Source of the DNA: an uncultured Lachnospiraceae bacterium
GTDB lineage: Bacteria; Bacillota; Clostridia; Lachnospirales; Lachnospiraceae
DNA: 64,000 nt
Assembly: GCA_964402925.1 (NCBI GenBank)
Contig: CAYOED010000006.1
Span: 1,953-65,952 of the forward strand
Direction: 5' to 3'
A program made the translations under genes and the position numbers. This document shows, in pieces, positions 9,494 to 18,416 of this stretch (the stretch's first letter is position 1; every line of letters starts with the position of its first letter). The notes below the pieces were generated by a model, which saw only the letters and a program-made list of their open reading frames with translations, was not told the origin of the DNA and ran no database searches.

Positions 9494-10042
9494 TTATAAT
9501 TCTTCCATCATCATCTCAAGCAGCATAATATGATATTCTTCATCTTTTATGATTCTTCCAAGCACTGCATTGACACAAGAATCATTGATCATATTCATAT
9601 GCATCTGATACTGATTGATTGCTGCCCTCTCCGCTTCTATATCTGCAAGCAGCATTTTTCTGGTATTTTCAGGAATCGTCAGATATTCCGGTGTCCACAT
9701 CCGCGCTCTTCCATTCTGCTGCCTTGCTGCGAAATCAACCGTTCCGCCCAGCAGATAAATCAGTTCACCCAATTTCTGCAAGTGCATCATCTCTGCCATG
9801 GCAATTCCTAGGAGCGCCTTTGCCATCGCACATCTATCACATGACAGACGACTTTCATTATTGATATACTGAGTTGTTGCAGATAACTCTGACACGGCAC
9901 CGCAGTAGTCATTGCTTAATAGATTTGCATATGCCTGATTCCTGCCAGTAACCTTAATCGGCGGGTATGGTAAATCCACCATAATCGGCTTTACCCCTGA
10001 AAAACTGCAGGTGTTAATGAGAGTATTTGCTCTTTCTTCCAT
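9494..10042 (-). CDS. ferritin-like / Mn-catalase (CotJC-like) family protein
   Basis: Di-metal ExxH-type helices (AMAEMMHLQKLGE, IKDEEYHIMLLE). The start is ambiguous: TTG 10057, ATG 10048, ATG 10042. I chose 10042 for its Shine-Dalgarno spacing. Confidence 0.6.
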   Translation of the reverse strand: MEERANTLINTCSFSGVKPIMVDLPYPPIKVTGRNQAYANLLSNDYCGAVSELSATTQYINNESRLSCDRCAMAKALLGIAMAEMMHLQKLGELIYLLGGTVDFAARQQNGRARMWTPEYLTIPENTRKMLLADIEAERAAINQYQMHMNMINDSCVNAVLGRIIKDEEYHIMLLEMMMEEL

Positions 10043-10162
10043 TTTCATTTTCTCCAATATACAATCTTCTATAGATAGTATATTAGAACTTTAATCATAA
10101 TGTGCCTTCTCTTTCGTCCTCATTTTTTGTATTGGCGTTACCTTAAATTTCCAGAGTAAAGA

Positions 10163-11134
10163 TTAAAGGCTCTCCATCGCCTTCAAAAACAAGTTCCTGA
10201 TAGCATCCCTTGGATAATTCCCAAGCCCTGCCACTTTATCCTGACGTATGAACCCGCCTGCCATAGCAGCATGTCCTCCTCCGTTCCCCAAATCAAGCAA
10301 TGCCTGATGAAGCAGGTTGCCTGCATGAATCTTTGGGTCCTCTGAGCGAACCGACAGCTTTATCCCATCCTCTCTATAAGAAAACACCACTGCCACTTCC
10401 ACTTCAACCAAAGCCAGAATAAAGTCCGCAAGAATTGCAATCAATGCATCCGGGCAGGAAAACGGGATGCAGGAAAAACCTGTCTTGTCGTACAGCTCAA
10501 TGCTTTCGATAGCGGCACCATATGCTCTCAAATCATCAAATTCCATATTATTGCGTTCCAGTCGTGCCAGCTTCTCATGGTCACAGAAAGGAAACAAAAA
10601 CCGGAACATCTCAATATCCAGCTCTGTCACGCCTCGTGAAAATTGCAGAGTGTCCATCTTTATACCATAAAGCAATGCTGTCGCTGTATCTTGATCCGGT
10701 TCATGCCCCATTTTAACATAATATTCCGCAATCAATGTAGCGCAGGCGCCGGTAATCCGGATATCCTGATATTTATACTCCATTGGAACAAAGGTAGGAT
10801 GATGGTCGATACATGCCACTTCATCTCCCACAAAATCCGTAACATTCCCACCGTGCTTCTGTGTGTCCACACATATGATATAGTCATCCTCTTTCATCTC
10901 CTGAAGCAGATCTGCATATGGATATATCTGCATCTGAAATGCATCCAGTAGTTTTGAAGCGCTCAGCTTGTCTATCCTGCCATCATAGCAAAGTTTTGAC
11001 TCCACACCATAAGCTTCCAGCAGTTTCTTCAACCCATATGCGGAAGAAATGGCATCCGGGTCTGGAAAGTTATGCGTCTGTATATAAACCCTGTGCCCCT
11101 GGCATAGCTTAACAAGTTCCATGAAATCACTCAT
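10163..11134 (-). CDS. DHH family phosphoesterase (NrnA-like)
   Basis: HNFPDPDAISS, the DHH motif (ACIDHHP) and a C-terminal GGGH (DHHA1) motif. Confidence 0.85.
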   Translation of the reverse strand: MSDFMELVKLCQGHRVYIQTHNFPDPDAISSAYGLKKLLEAYGVESKLCYDGRIDKLSASKLLDAFQMQIYPYADLLQEMKEDDYIICVDTQKHGGNVTDFVGDEVACIDHHPTFVPMEYKYQDIRITGACATLIAEYYVKMGHEPDQDTATALLYGIKMDTLQFSRGVTELDIEMFRFLFPFCDHEKLARLERNNMEFDDLRAYGAAIESIELYDKTGFSCIPFSCPDALIAILADFILALVEVEVAVVFSYREDGIKLSVRSEDPKIHAGNLLHQALLDLGNGGGHAAMAGGFIRQDKVAGLGNYPRDAIRNLFLKAMESL

Positions 11135-11280
11135 TTTTATTTCTCCTATCGTATATTCTGCAATAAAAGCAGATTTTCAGAAGAATCTACCAAACTTTTA
11201 CCGTAATTGTTCCTGTTTGAATCCTATCATAATTTTTCATTTTCTACAATCTTCATTTTCTGGAAACATGGCACTACGCG

Positions 11281-12780
11281 TTACTCCTCTGCCGGCTGAT
11301 AATCCCGGCGAATCAACCCAGACATCGGTATCGTCAATGAACCGCTGTCTCCATAACGGATAATCAACTCCTGCTCCGCATCCTTCCATATAAAACCGCT
11401 GGAATGATCACAAAAGTCCGACCGCCCCGCTCCAACCAGATAAGTATCTTCATCAAATACATAGATCCATCCCTCATAATAAGTTCCCTTATTGTACGCT
11501 GCCATTTCTTCATCAAAAACTTCCATATACCGAAGCATGTACTTTTTCCCGGTGGTCTTATCCCTTATTTCCTTCTCCCAGATAAAGTCCTCATCATAGA
11601 TCCTCCAGATATCATCAATCCGCTCTTTGTATTCTTCATACATATACTTATAATCGCAAATCATTTCTCTCTTTCCTTGATCATACCGGACGATTTCCAC
11701 CTGCACACCCATCTCAGGTGAACCTATATGGTTAAATAGCTTTATCAGTTCATAATCCATCTCACCTTCCCACTGATAAGTAAATGCGGATCCACTGATT
11801 GCTGAACCATGAGACGTCATATACAGTCTTCTCGTCTCATCGTCCACACTATACGTACAATAATAATCCAATTCTTCGTCCAGCTTCACAAACACTCTTT
11901 TTGAAGGACTAAAAACATAATGACTGGCAGTGCCTCCGTTCGCCCCATAAAAATATCTTACCGTAAGTTCTAAATAACCATCTGCATTGAAATCCTCAAA
12001 TACAAACGGAGATTCATATCCATATGTGGATGTCACCTGCAATTCTTGTATAAGTTCTTCTCCCTTTTCATCATAAATCTCTACCTGATAAATATAAGGC
12101 GTTGACTCGCCTGGTTCACCCCTTCCTATTATTTTTGCCTGAAGCTGAATTTTTTCTCCCCCGCCCAAGTCTCTGATATAAAAATAATTGCTTTTAAGGT
12201 TATCCAGCAGCATGATATTCCCATCCGTTTCCTGATGCCATAAAAAAAGAGGTTCATAATCATAATCCAACTTATGTCTCACAGCACTGTCCAAATTAGG
12301 ACTCTCATCTGCTTCCTTCTGACTTGCGACCTCGCAATAATATCCCTTCCAAAGGAAAAATCCTCGAACCTCATCCGGCGTTTCCACCACATAAAAAACC
12401 TGATTACATATACCTTCCTTATAATCCCCAAATTTATATTCGCTCAACGGATAACTTATCATCCCACACATATCAGGATACCTGTCCTGAAAATAAGAAA
12501 ACGCTTCTTCTCCCGTGGTATATCCCGGATAATCCCCCGCCGGATGCAAAATCACTTCCTGCGCATACGGGAACAGTTTTTCATAGATTTCAATAGTGTC
12601 TTCCATTAACGCCAACACACTATGTATGCCTGTCCTTTCACATATTCTACCCGCACTCCTGAAATACTCTCCCTGTTTAACCACTGCCGATTCATTCTGG
12701 TTAAAACCTGCCATTCCCCAGATTATACCTCCCATGATCAACAACACTCCTAAAAAGATGAAACTCTTTAATCTTTTCAT
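11281..12780 (-). CDS. membrane-anchored hypothetical protein
   Basis: Start moved to the ATG at 12780 (MKRLKSFIFLGVLLIMGG), 6 nt after GGAGA. It has a single N-terminal TM helix. One FG-GAP-like DFNADGYLEL segment is present. Confidence 0.6.
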   Translation of the reverse strand: MKRLKSFIFLGVLLIMGGIIWGMAGFNQNESAVVKQGEYFRSAGRICERTGIHSVLALMEDTIEIYEKLFPYAQEVILHPAGDYPGYTTGEEAFSYFQDRYPDMCGMISYPLSEYKFGDYKEGICNQVFYVVETPDEVRGFFLWKGYYCEVASQKEADESPNLDSAVRHKLDYDYEPLFLWHQETDGNIMLLDNLKSNYFYIRDLGGGEKIQLQAKIIGRGEPGESTPYIYQVEIYDEKGEELIQELQVTSTYGYESPFVFEDFNADGYLELTVRYFYGANGGTASHYVFSPSKRVFVKLDEELDYYCTYSVDDETRRLYMTSHGSAISGSAFTYQWEGEMDYELIKLFNHIGSPEMGVQVEIVRYDQGKREMICDYKYMYEEYKERIDDIWRIYDEDFIWEKEIRDKTTGKKYMLRYMEVFDEEMAAYNKGTYYEGWIYVFDEDTYLVGAGRSDFCDHSSGFIWKDAEQELIIRYGDSGSLTIPMSGLIRRDYQPAEE

Positions 12781-12840
12781 AACAATCTCCATCTTAATGC
12801 CACAAAATCAAATAACACTGCTATTCTACTCCTTCCATGC

Positions 12841-12875
12841 ATCATAATTGCATCCTTTTTGTATCATAATTGCAT
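12841..12875 (-). promoter_or_regulatory. two perfect 13-bp direct repeats with 22-bp period
   Basis: ATCATAATTGCAT at 12841-12853 and 12863-12875. The proximal copy overlaps the -35 position of a TAGAAT -10 (plus-strand 12823-12828). Confidence 0.4.
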
Positions 12876-12885
12876 AATACGGTCT

Positions 12886-13223
12886 GACCCAATGTCATTT
12901 ATAGAAGGGACCGCAGCTGCGGGGCAGATATCTCACTTCATCTGGCTGGACAAAAGTCTATGGCGGAGCCTTATGGAAAGCGATTAGAAGGACTTAACAG
13001 CCCATCCATTGCCCAGCAATCGACGGACAGGACGTCCGTCGAAGGCGTAACTTGACCCATGGATGGGTCAATACGCCGTTTGCGTCCGGTGCCAATTTCT
13101 GAACAAGGGCTGTTTAGTCCTTCTTATCGCTGTACATAGGATTCGCCATAGACTTTTGTCCAGCCAGATGAAGCGGGATATCTGCCCAGCGGCTGTGGTC
13201 CCTTCTATAAATGACATTGGGTC
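12886..13223. repeat. 338-bp long-hairpin (palindromic) intergenic element, family A copy 1
   Basis: About 117-bp arms, roughly 90 percent complementary, around a unique centre of about 104 bp. The core at 12969-13084 recurs at 58513-58628 and 58979-59093. Confidence 0.85.
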
Positions 13224-13234
13224 CAATCTCAACC

Positions 13235-15343
13235 TTACTCTATCACCTCCAATTGTCTGCACATACTTTTTATTGTATGGCGGTAAACTAGGTAGTACAC
13301 TCCCGCAAGTGCAATCAGTATAAAGAAGCACACCGCCATTCCCCCAATCTCGCTGCCCGTCCATTTTCCGTCATTTCCAAACATGAGCAGCGCATAAAGC
13401 AGATACATAATACTCATCCCCACCATAGAAGGAATCTTGAACACCGGTTCTGCCTGCCCCTTGATTTCTCTGATCAAGAAAGCCGGCGAAGCGCCAAGTT
13501 TTTTTAAATCATCAAAGACATAGCGGTTGTTGAGGGCAATGGTCATACAGCGCGTATAAGTGATAATCATTGCTGCCAGAGAACAGATGATGGCGATGAA
13601 CAAAAACATCATAAAATACACTGAAAAGGTTCTTAGAAAATCCATCTGATCCAGCATCCGGCTTTTAGGCATATAAGTCCAGTACATCCGAAAATCACTT
13701 TCATCCGGTCTTGAAAAACTAATTTTTGTCATTCTATCTGTATCTCCCCAATAGACCTCCCCCTGCTGTTCTTTGTAATACTTTGTCACCCTGTCATAAT
13801 ATACTGGCAGCTCACACTCCGGACCAAAAGCAGAAACCAATGTATAGAAGAAGTCTTCCGCAAATGCATAGCTATCCTCTCCGTCTATGTTGAAGAATGC
13901 AGTGCAGCCCATCCAATCGGGAGTAAGTCCCTGTGCAATGCTTTCATAATCTGTATTATTAAGCACATAATACCCTATCTGATCCACCAGAAAACCATAA
14001 TGGACATATCCCGCAAAGGTTACAGGAAGGCTTTCAAAAGTAACCATATTAGTGAGATCAGCAGCACCCGAATTTAAATAGTACAATCCTGTCTCATCCG
14101 CATTGGAAACAGCAAGGTAACTCCCCTGTTCCACTGAAATTTCTTCTCCGGTAAGCATTTCATAAGAATCTTCAGAAAGAAATCTACCCTCTTCCAAAAG
14201 AGGAACATACTCATAGTGAAAGTTCCTGCCTTCATCTTCTACCTCTGTAGTGCCGCCCATTGCAAGCGACAGATAGGGCACATTTTTAAAGTCCATAATT
14301 TTAAGATTGTACTTTGCAGCAAGAGCGGAGACCTCTTTCTCTCCCGGAACCGTCTGATCCGCACGGTAAAGGTAATAAAAATCATAAGGACGCTCCTTGA
14401 TTTCCATTATTCTTCCCACCCCCATCATAGGAAGATAAAAAATAGCAAAGACACCTCCTGCAATCAGCACCGTGCTTACAAGCAGATTATTTACGGTTTG
14501 CTTTCCCTGAAACTTCATCATACTTCTGGCAATCAGATTTTTGTATGACTGCTTTCTGTGAAAGTTCCAGCCATGCACCACCGTATGAAGCATGATCATA
14601 TAAAGACCAAGAAAACACGGGGCATAGAAAAGATTGATCCACTCGGGAGAGTAAGCACTGAAAAGCGCTTGATAAACTATGGGGGCTGTGTAACCTAAAA
14701 CAGAGCCTGTAAATACCATTAAAATTCCCACCGGACCACACCAGGTTCCCAACTCTCTCACAGGCTCATTTCTGTGCTCCTCATGCATTACTTCCATAAT
14801 ATTTGTCCGTCTCAGATACCGGTAAGCGTTCACACAAGAAAATGCCACTACAATTAAAAAAAGCAGCGCCGACAAATACAGACATTTAAAATCAAGCCTC
14901 AGTGCCATCTGTGTACTGTCCGTAATGAAAAGGCGAAAGCCGTTCCATAAAATCCAGACAAAAGGAAAACCTGCCAAAATGCCTGCAAAGGAAGATACGG
15001 AGCTTAAGAAAAGCACCTCCCGAAGCAGCCCGGGAAGAAGACGGCGGCCAGAAGCGCCAAGTGCCATAAGTGTTCCCAGCTGTTTTGCCTTCTTCCTAAA
15101 GAAAAGCCCGGAAGCATAAATTGTAAATACCACACATCCAAATAATGCCAGCACAAAAATAGCAACCATCTGTTTACGACTGTCTCCCCCTTCCGGCAGC
15201 ACCAAAAGCACGGTAGGCGAAAACATCATAGCAGAATAGGCAGTGATTAATAACAAAGAGACAAAATTACAGAACAGATAAAGCCCTGCCTGCTTCCTGT
15301 CCGCTTTTTGTAGTTTTTTCTCCAGACTTTTCAAGGTCATCAT
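13235..15343 (-). CDS. ABC transporter permease, FtsX family, BceB-like topology
   Basis: Ten predicted helices with a soluble domain of about 250 aa between helices 7 and 8. Start set to the ATG at 15343, 7 nt after GGAGGG. The track start at 15382 lies inside the ATPase gene. Confidence 0.8.
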   Translation of the reverse strand: MMTLKSLEKKLQKADRKQAGLYLFCNFVSLLLITAYSAMMFSPTVLLVLPEGGDSRKQMVAIFVLALFGCVVFTIYASGLFFRKKAKQLGTLMALGASGRRLLPGLLREVLFLSSVSSFAGILAGFPFVWILWNGFRLFITDSTQMALRLDFKCLYLSALLFLIVVAFSCVNAYRYLRRTNIMEVMHEEHRNEPVRELGTWCGPVGILMVFTGSVLGYTAPIVYQALFSAYSPEWINLFYAPCFLGLYMIMLHTVVHGWNFHRKQSYKNLIARSMMKFQGKQTVNNLLVSTVLIAGGVFAIFYLPMMGVGRIMEIKERPYDFYYLYRADQTVPGEKEVSALAAKYNLKIMDFKNVPYLSLAMGGTTEVEDEGRNFHYEYVPLLEEGRFLSEDSYEMLTGEEISVEQGSYLAVSNADETGLYYLNSGAADLTNMVTFESLPVTFAGYVHYGFLVDQIGYYVLNNTDYESIAQGLTPDWMGCTAFFNIDGEDSYAFAEDFFYTLVSAFGPECELPVYYDRVTKYYKEQQGEVYWGDTDRMTKISFSRPDESDFRMYWTYMPKSRMLDQMDFLRTFSVYFMMFLFIAIICSLAAMIITYTRCMTIALNNRYVFDDLKKLGASPAFLIREIKGQAEPVFKIPSMVGMSIMYLLYALLMFGNDGKWTGSEIGGMAVCFFILIALAGVYYLVYRHTIKSMCRQLEVIE

Positions 15344-15344
15344 T

Positions 15345-16136
15345 TCACATCCCTCCTGCAATCTCTTGATCTGATGCAACATCCATACTGCTCATTTTCC
15401 GGATAGCGTCAAGCAGACGATCCTGGAACTTAACTCTTTTTTCTTCCCTATGCCCCGGCGATGCCTTCAACGTGTCATAGACCACGCCGTCCTTAAGGAG
15501 AATGACCCTGTCACAAAAAGAAGCGGCAAAGCTGTCATGTGTCACCATGAATATAGAAGCACCCAATTTATTTCTGGCACTTTCAAAAGACTCAATGACC
15601 GCCCGGCTGGACTTGCTGTCCAGATTACCGGTAGGCTCGTCCGCAAGGATAAGAAGGGGCTGGTTAATCAGGCTCCTGGCTACCGCCGTTCTCTGTCTCT
15701 CTCCGCAGGAAACATCTACCGGATATTTTCCCGCAATATGGTCAATTCCGAAAAGAGACAATAACTGATCCGCAAGTTTTTCCGCTTCCCGGTCCACTTT
15801 ACCCTGAATGATTCTGGGAACCAGAATATTCTCCCTTATCGTCAATCCGTCGAGAAGCATGAAATCCTGGAATACAAAGCCAAGTTTTTCATTACGTATC
15901 TTTGCCAGAGCATTTTCATCAAGTCCTTTCAGCTCCTTTCCCCCTAAGGTGATGGTTCCCTGTTCAAAGGGAATATAGCAGGAAATGCAGTTGAGCAGCG
16001 TGCTCTTGCCGGACCCGGAAGGTCCCATAACTGCTACAAATTCCTGATTTGCGACGGACAAGTCAATTCCCTTAAGTACAGAATAAGACTTACTTCCGCT
16101 TTGATAAGATTTGTGAAGATTTTTTACATATAACAT
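15345..16136 (-). CDS. ABC transporter ATP-binding protein (BceA/MacB-like)
   Basis: Walker A GPSGSGKST, signature-like VSCGERQR, Walker B LILADEPT. Start ATG at 16136 (MLYVKNLHKSY) after GAGAGG. Confidence 0.9.
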   Translation of the reverse strand: MLYVKNLHKSYQSGSKSYSVLKGIDLSVANQEFVAVMGPSGSGKSTLLNCISCYIPFEQGTITLGGKELKGLDENALAKIRNEKLGFVFQDFMLLDGLTIRENILVPRIIQGKVDREAEKLADQLLSLFGIDHIAGKYPVDVSCGERQRTAVARSLINQPLLILADEPTGNLDSKSSRAVIESFESARNKLGASIFMVTHDSFAASFCDRVILLKDGVVYDTLKASPGHREEKRVKFQDRLLDAIRKMSSMDVASDQEIAGGM

Positions 16137-16401
16137 AGCGCACCTCTCTATCAATGAATTTAGTGTCAGTATATCAGAAAATAAAATCCACAAAATTCGG
16201 GATGTCATTTTAAGCAGCCCTCACGTAATCTTTGGAAAGTCGCTGCAAAACATGGAAAGTTTTGCAGGAATTTTGTAATCTTTAGCACGGGAAAAGTTCT
16301 TTGTCTGAAAGGGCAGGATTGTTTGAAGGGGAAAATGATGGTAAGATATTCTTATTAACGCAGTATGCCAGACGTGGTCTGCGATATTTAGGGGGATAAA
16401 A

Positions 16402-17130
16402 ATGCTTCGTATCGGAATATGTGATGATCAGACACAGGCACGTGATGCCCTGCGCTTCGGGCTGGAAAAAGTTCTGCGGGAAGAATCAGAACAGATTGTT
16501 TATGAATTCTCCACAGGTGCAAGTGCGGTGCGCTGGCTGAAAAAACATCCCGGGGAAATCGATCTGCTCTTTCTCGATGTGGAGATGGAAGGGATGAACG
16601 GAATGGAAGCCGCAGCACAAATCCGGGAATTTAACAAGGAAATATGTCTTGTGTTCGTGACAGGATATACAGATTATGTGTTCGATGGTTATAAGGTGAA
16701 TGCCCTTGATTACGTCATAAAGCCTGCCACCGCCGAAAGACTCTTGGACGTTTTAAAGCGGGTACGGGAACAGATCTCTGACGGGCATGATAAAACCTTT
16801 TCTTTTAAAAATCCGGAGGGGACCTATCGCCTTCCCCTGTCTGATATCTCCTATTTTTACAGTGACAAAAGAAAAGTAAATGTGGTCTGTACAAGCAGCG
16901 GGGAAGCCCATACCTACTCCTTTTATGGAAAACTGGATGAAGTAGCGGAACAACTCTGCGGCGCTTTTGTGCGGATTCATCAACGCTATCTGGTAAACCC
17001 GGTGCACGTAATGCGCATCGGCGGCGAAAACATCACCATAGATGGAGTCTGCCTTCCTATGAGCAGAGCGCTGAAAGAGGAGGCATCTGTTAAACTTGCC
17101 AAATCTATGCTGGAAGGAGAGGGACTATGA
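16402..17130 (+). CDS. LytR/AlgR (LytTR) family response regulator
   Basis: REC domain (IGICDD...LLFLDVEM) plus a C-terminal LytTR domain (FVRIHQRYLVN). Confidence 0.9.
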   Translation: MLRIGICDDQTQARDALRFGLEKVLREESEQIVYEFSTGASAVRWLKKHPGEIDLLFLDVEMEGMNGMEAAAQIREFNKEICLVFVTGYTDYVFDGYKVNALDYVIKPATAERLLDVLKRVREQISDGHDKTFSFKNPEGTYRLPLSDISYFYSDKRKVNVVCTSSGEAHTYSFYGKLDEVAEQLCGAFVRIHQRYLVNPVHVMRIGGENITIDGVCLPMSRALKEEASVKLAKSMLEGEGL

Positions 17131-18401
17131 GAATTTGGGAGTATATAAAAGGACTGCCTTCAGGCGCACTAGGTCTGATTGCGGCAGTCTTTATTTATCT
17201 ATCCTTATCCAGACTGATACGGATAAAAGAAAAATGGTGGTCCAGAGGGCTTCTGTTTGTTGGATGCTGGATAACCAGCTTTACCATCATTTATATTGGC
17301 GACTGGTTCAATCTGCCCTGCGCCATGGCATTTTTTCTGCTTGCCATGTGGATGACCTGTGAAGGATCCGGGCTCAAAAAAGTTACGCTGGGGCTGATGT
17401 TTGCCAGCACGATTTTTGCCTTTAACGGCTTATATGATAACTGCATTGGATTCGCCGCTCATTACAGCCAACACGATTCCTTTTATGATAATATGTATCT
17501 GGTTGGGCGGCTTATTTTTGCAGTATTTTTATATCTATCCATCCGGTTCCGAAAAACAGAATCCAATTTCGAACTTTCAGTTCCTTTATGGCGGCTGATG
17601 CTTTCACTCTCCCTCCCCCCGTTAGGAATCATGCTTTCCCTGATCCTGCTTCGAAGTCCCTGCCAGACGCTTGGAGCAACCGTCATTGCGGACGCGGCTT
17701 TATTTCTGGTAGTCATGCTGTCTTTTGCAGGACTTCTGCGCGCTCTGAGCGTTCTCGAAAGGCAACAGCGTTTAGAATGGGAAAGCGCGCTTGCTCTCCA
17801 GAATCAAAGCTACTATGAAGCCATGGAGGCACAGCAGTTTGAAGTCCGAAGGTTGCGGCACGACATGACCAACCATCTTCAGGCACTGCTGGCACTGCCG
17901 GAACAACAGAAAAATGACTATATTATGGGTATGCTGGATAATCCTGCTTTCGTACAGACTCTTTCCTGGTGCGGCGATCCGACCATCAATGCTGTACTTA
18001 CTGTGAAAGAAAATCTCATACGGCAAAAGGGCATCCATTTTTCTGTAAAGATAGATATTCCCCATGCACTTCCCTTTGAAAAAGCCGATATCTGTGCAAT
18101 TTTTGCCAATGCACTGGACAATGCGGTGGAAAATTGCATAAAACTTGATGAACCTCTGCGAAAAATACATCTGGAAGCAAAGATGGGAAAAGGCATTCTT
18201 GCTGTCAAAATTGAAAACACCTGCCCGGGCGCCTCTGTATCAAAAGGGCAGCTTCCAAAAACAACGAAAAAAGATACCAAAAACCATGGTATCGGCTTAA
18301 GAAGCATTCAAAAAACCGTAAATAAATATAACGGGAGTATAGAAATAAAACAGGAGAAGCAAAGCTTCATCCTGTTTTTGTACCTGCCAATGGAAATATA
18401 A
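17127..18401 (+). CDS. GHKL-domain sensor histidine kinase (AgrC/HPK10-like)
   Basis: About six N-terminal TM helices, H-box-like RRLRHDMTNHL, then N and G boxes (NALDNAVE, HGIGLRSI). 4-nt overlap with the regulator gene. Confidence 0.85.
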   Translation: MRIWEYIKGLPSGALGLIAAVFIYLSLSRLIRIKEKWWSRGLLFVGCWITSFTIIYIGDWFNLPCAMAFFLLAMWMTCEGSGLKKVTLGLMFASTIFAFNGLYDNCIGFAAHYSQHDSFYDNMYLVGRLIFAVFLYLSIRFRKTESNFELSVPLWRLMLSLSLPPLGIMLSLILLRSPCQTLGATVIADAALFLVVMLSFAGLLRALSVLERQQRLEWESALALQNQSYYEAMEAQQFEVRRLRHDMTNHLQALLALPEQQKNDYIMGMLDNPAFVQTLSWCGDPTINAVLTVKENLIRQKGIHFSVKIDIPHALPFEKADICAIFANALDNAVENCIKLDEPLRKIHLEAKMGKGILAVKIENTCPGASVSKGQLPKTTKKDTKNHGIGLRSIQKTVNKYNGSIEIKQEKQSFILFLYLPMEI

Positions 18402-18416
18402 TCTGTTTTAACCTCT

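Noticed and set aside
13063-13364. 86-aa and 98-aa ORFs overlapping the 12.9-kb hairpin element and the end of the permease gene
   Set aside because: Their reading frames exist only because of the palindrome. There is no Shine-Dalgarno site, and the corresponding ORFs in the other element copies (58489-58790) show no similarity. The conservation is at nucleotide or structure level, not protein level.
16252-16278. 8-codon sORF (MESFAGIL) in the ABC / LytTR intergenic region, considered as a possible AgrD-like autoinducer precursor
   Set aside because: It is far too short and has no Shine-Dalgarno site and no AgrB-like processing gene nearby. It coincides with a hairpin (CTGCAAAAC/GTTTTGCAG) that is more likely regulatory.
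16225-16283. GTAATCTTT direct repeat as a LytTR box in the divergent intergenic region
   Set aside because: The two copies are 50 bp apart, not the 21-22 bp typical of LytTR sites, and they are only 9 bp long. I mention it in a finding but do not call it a feature.
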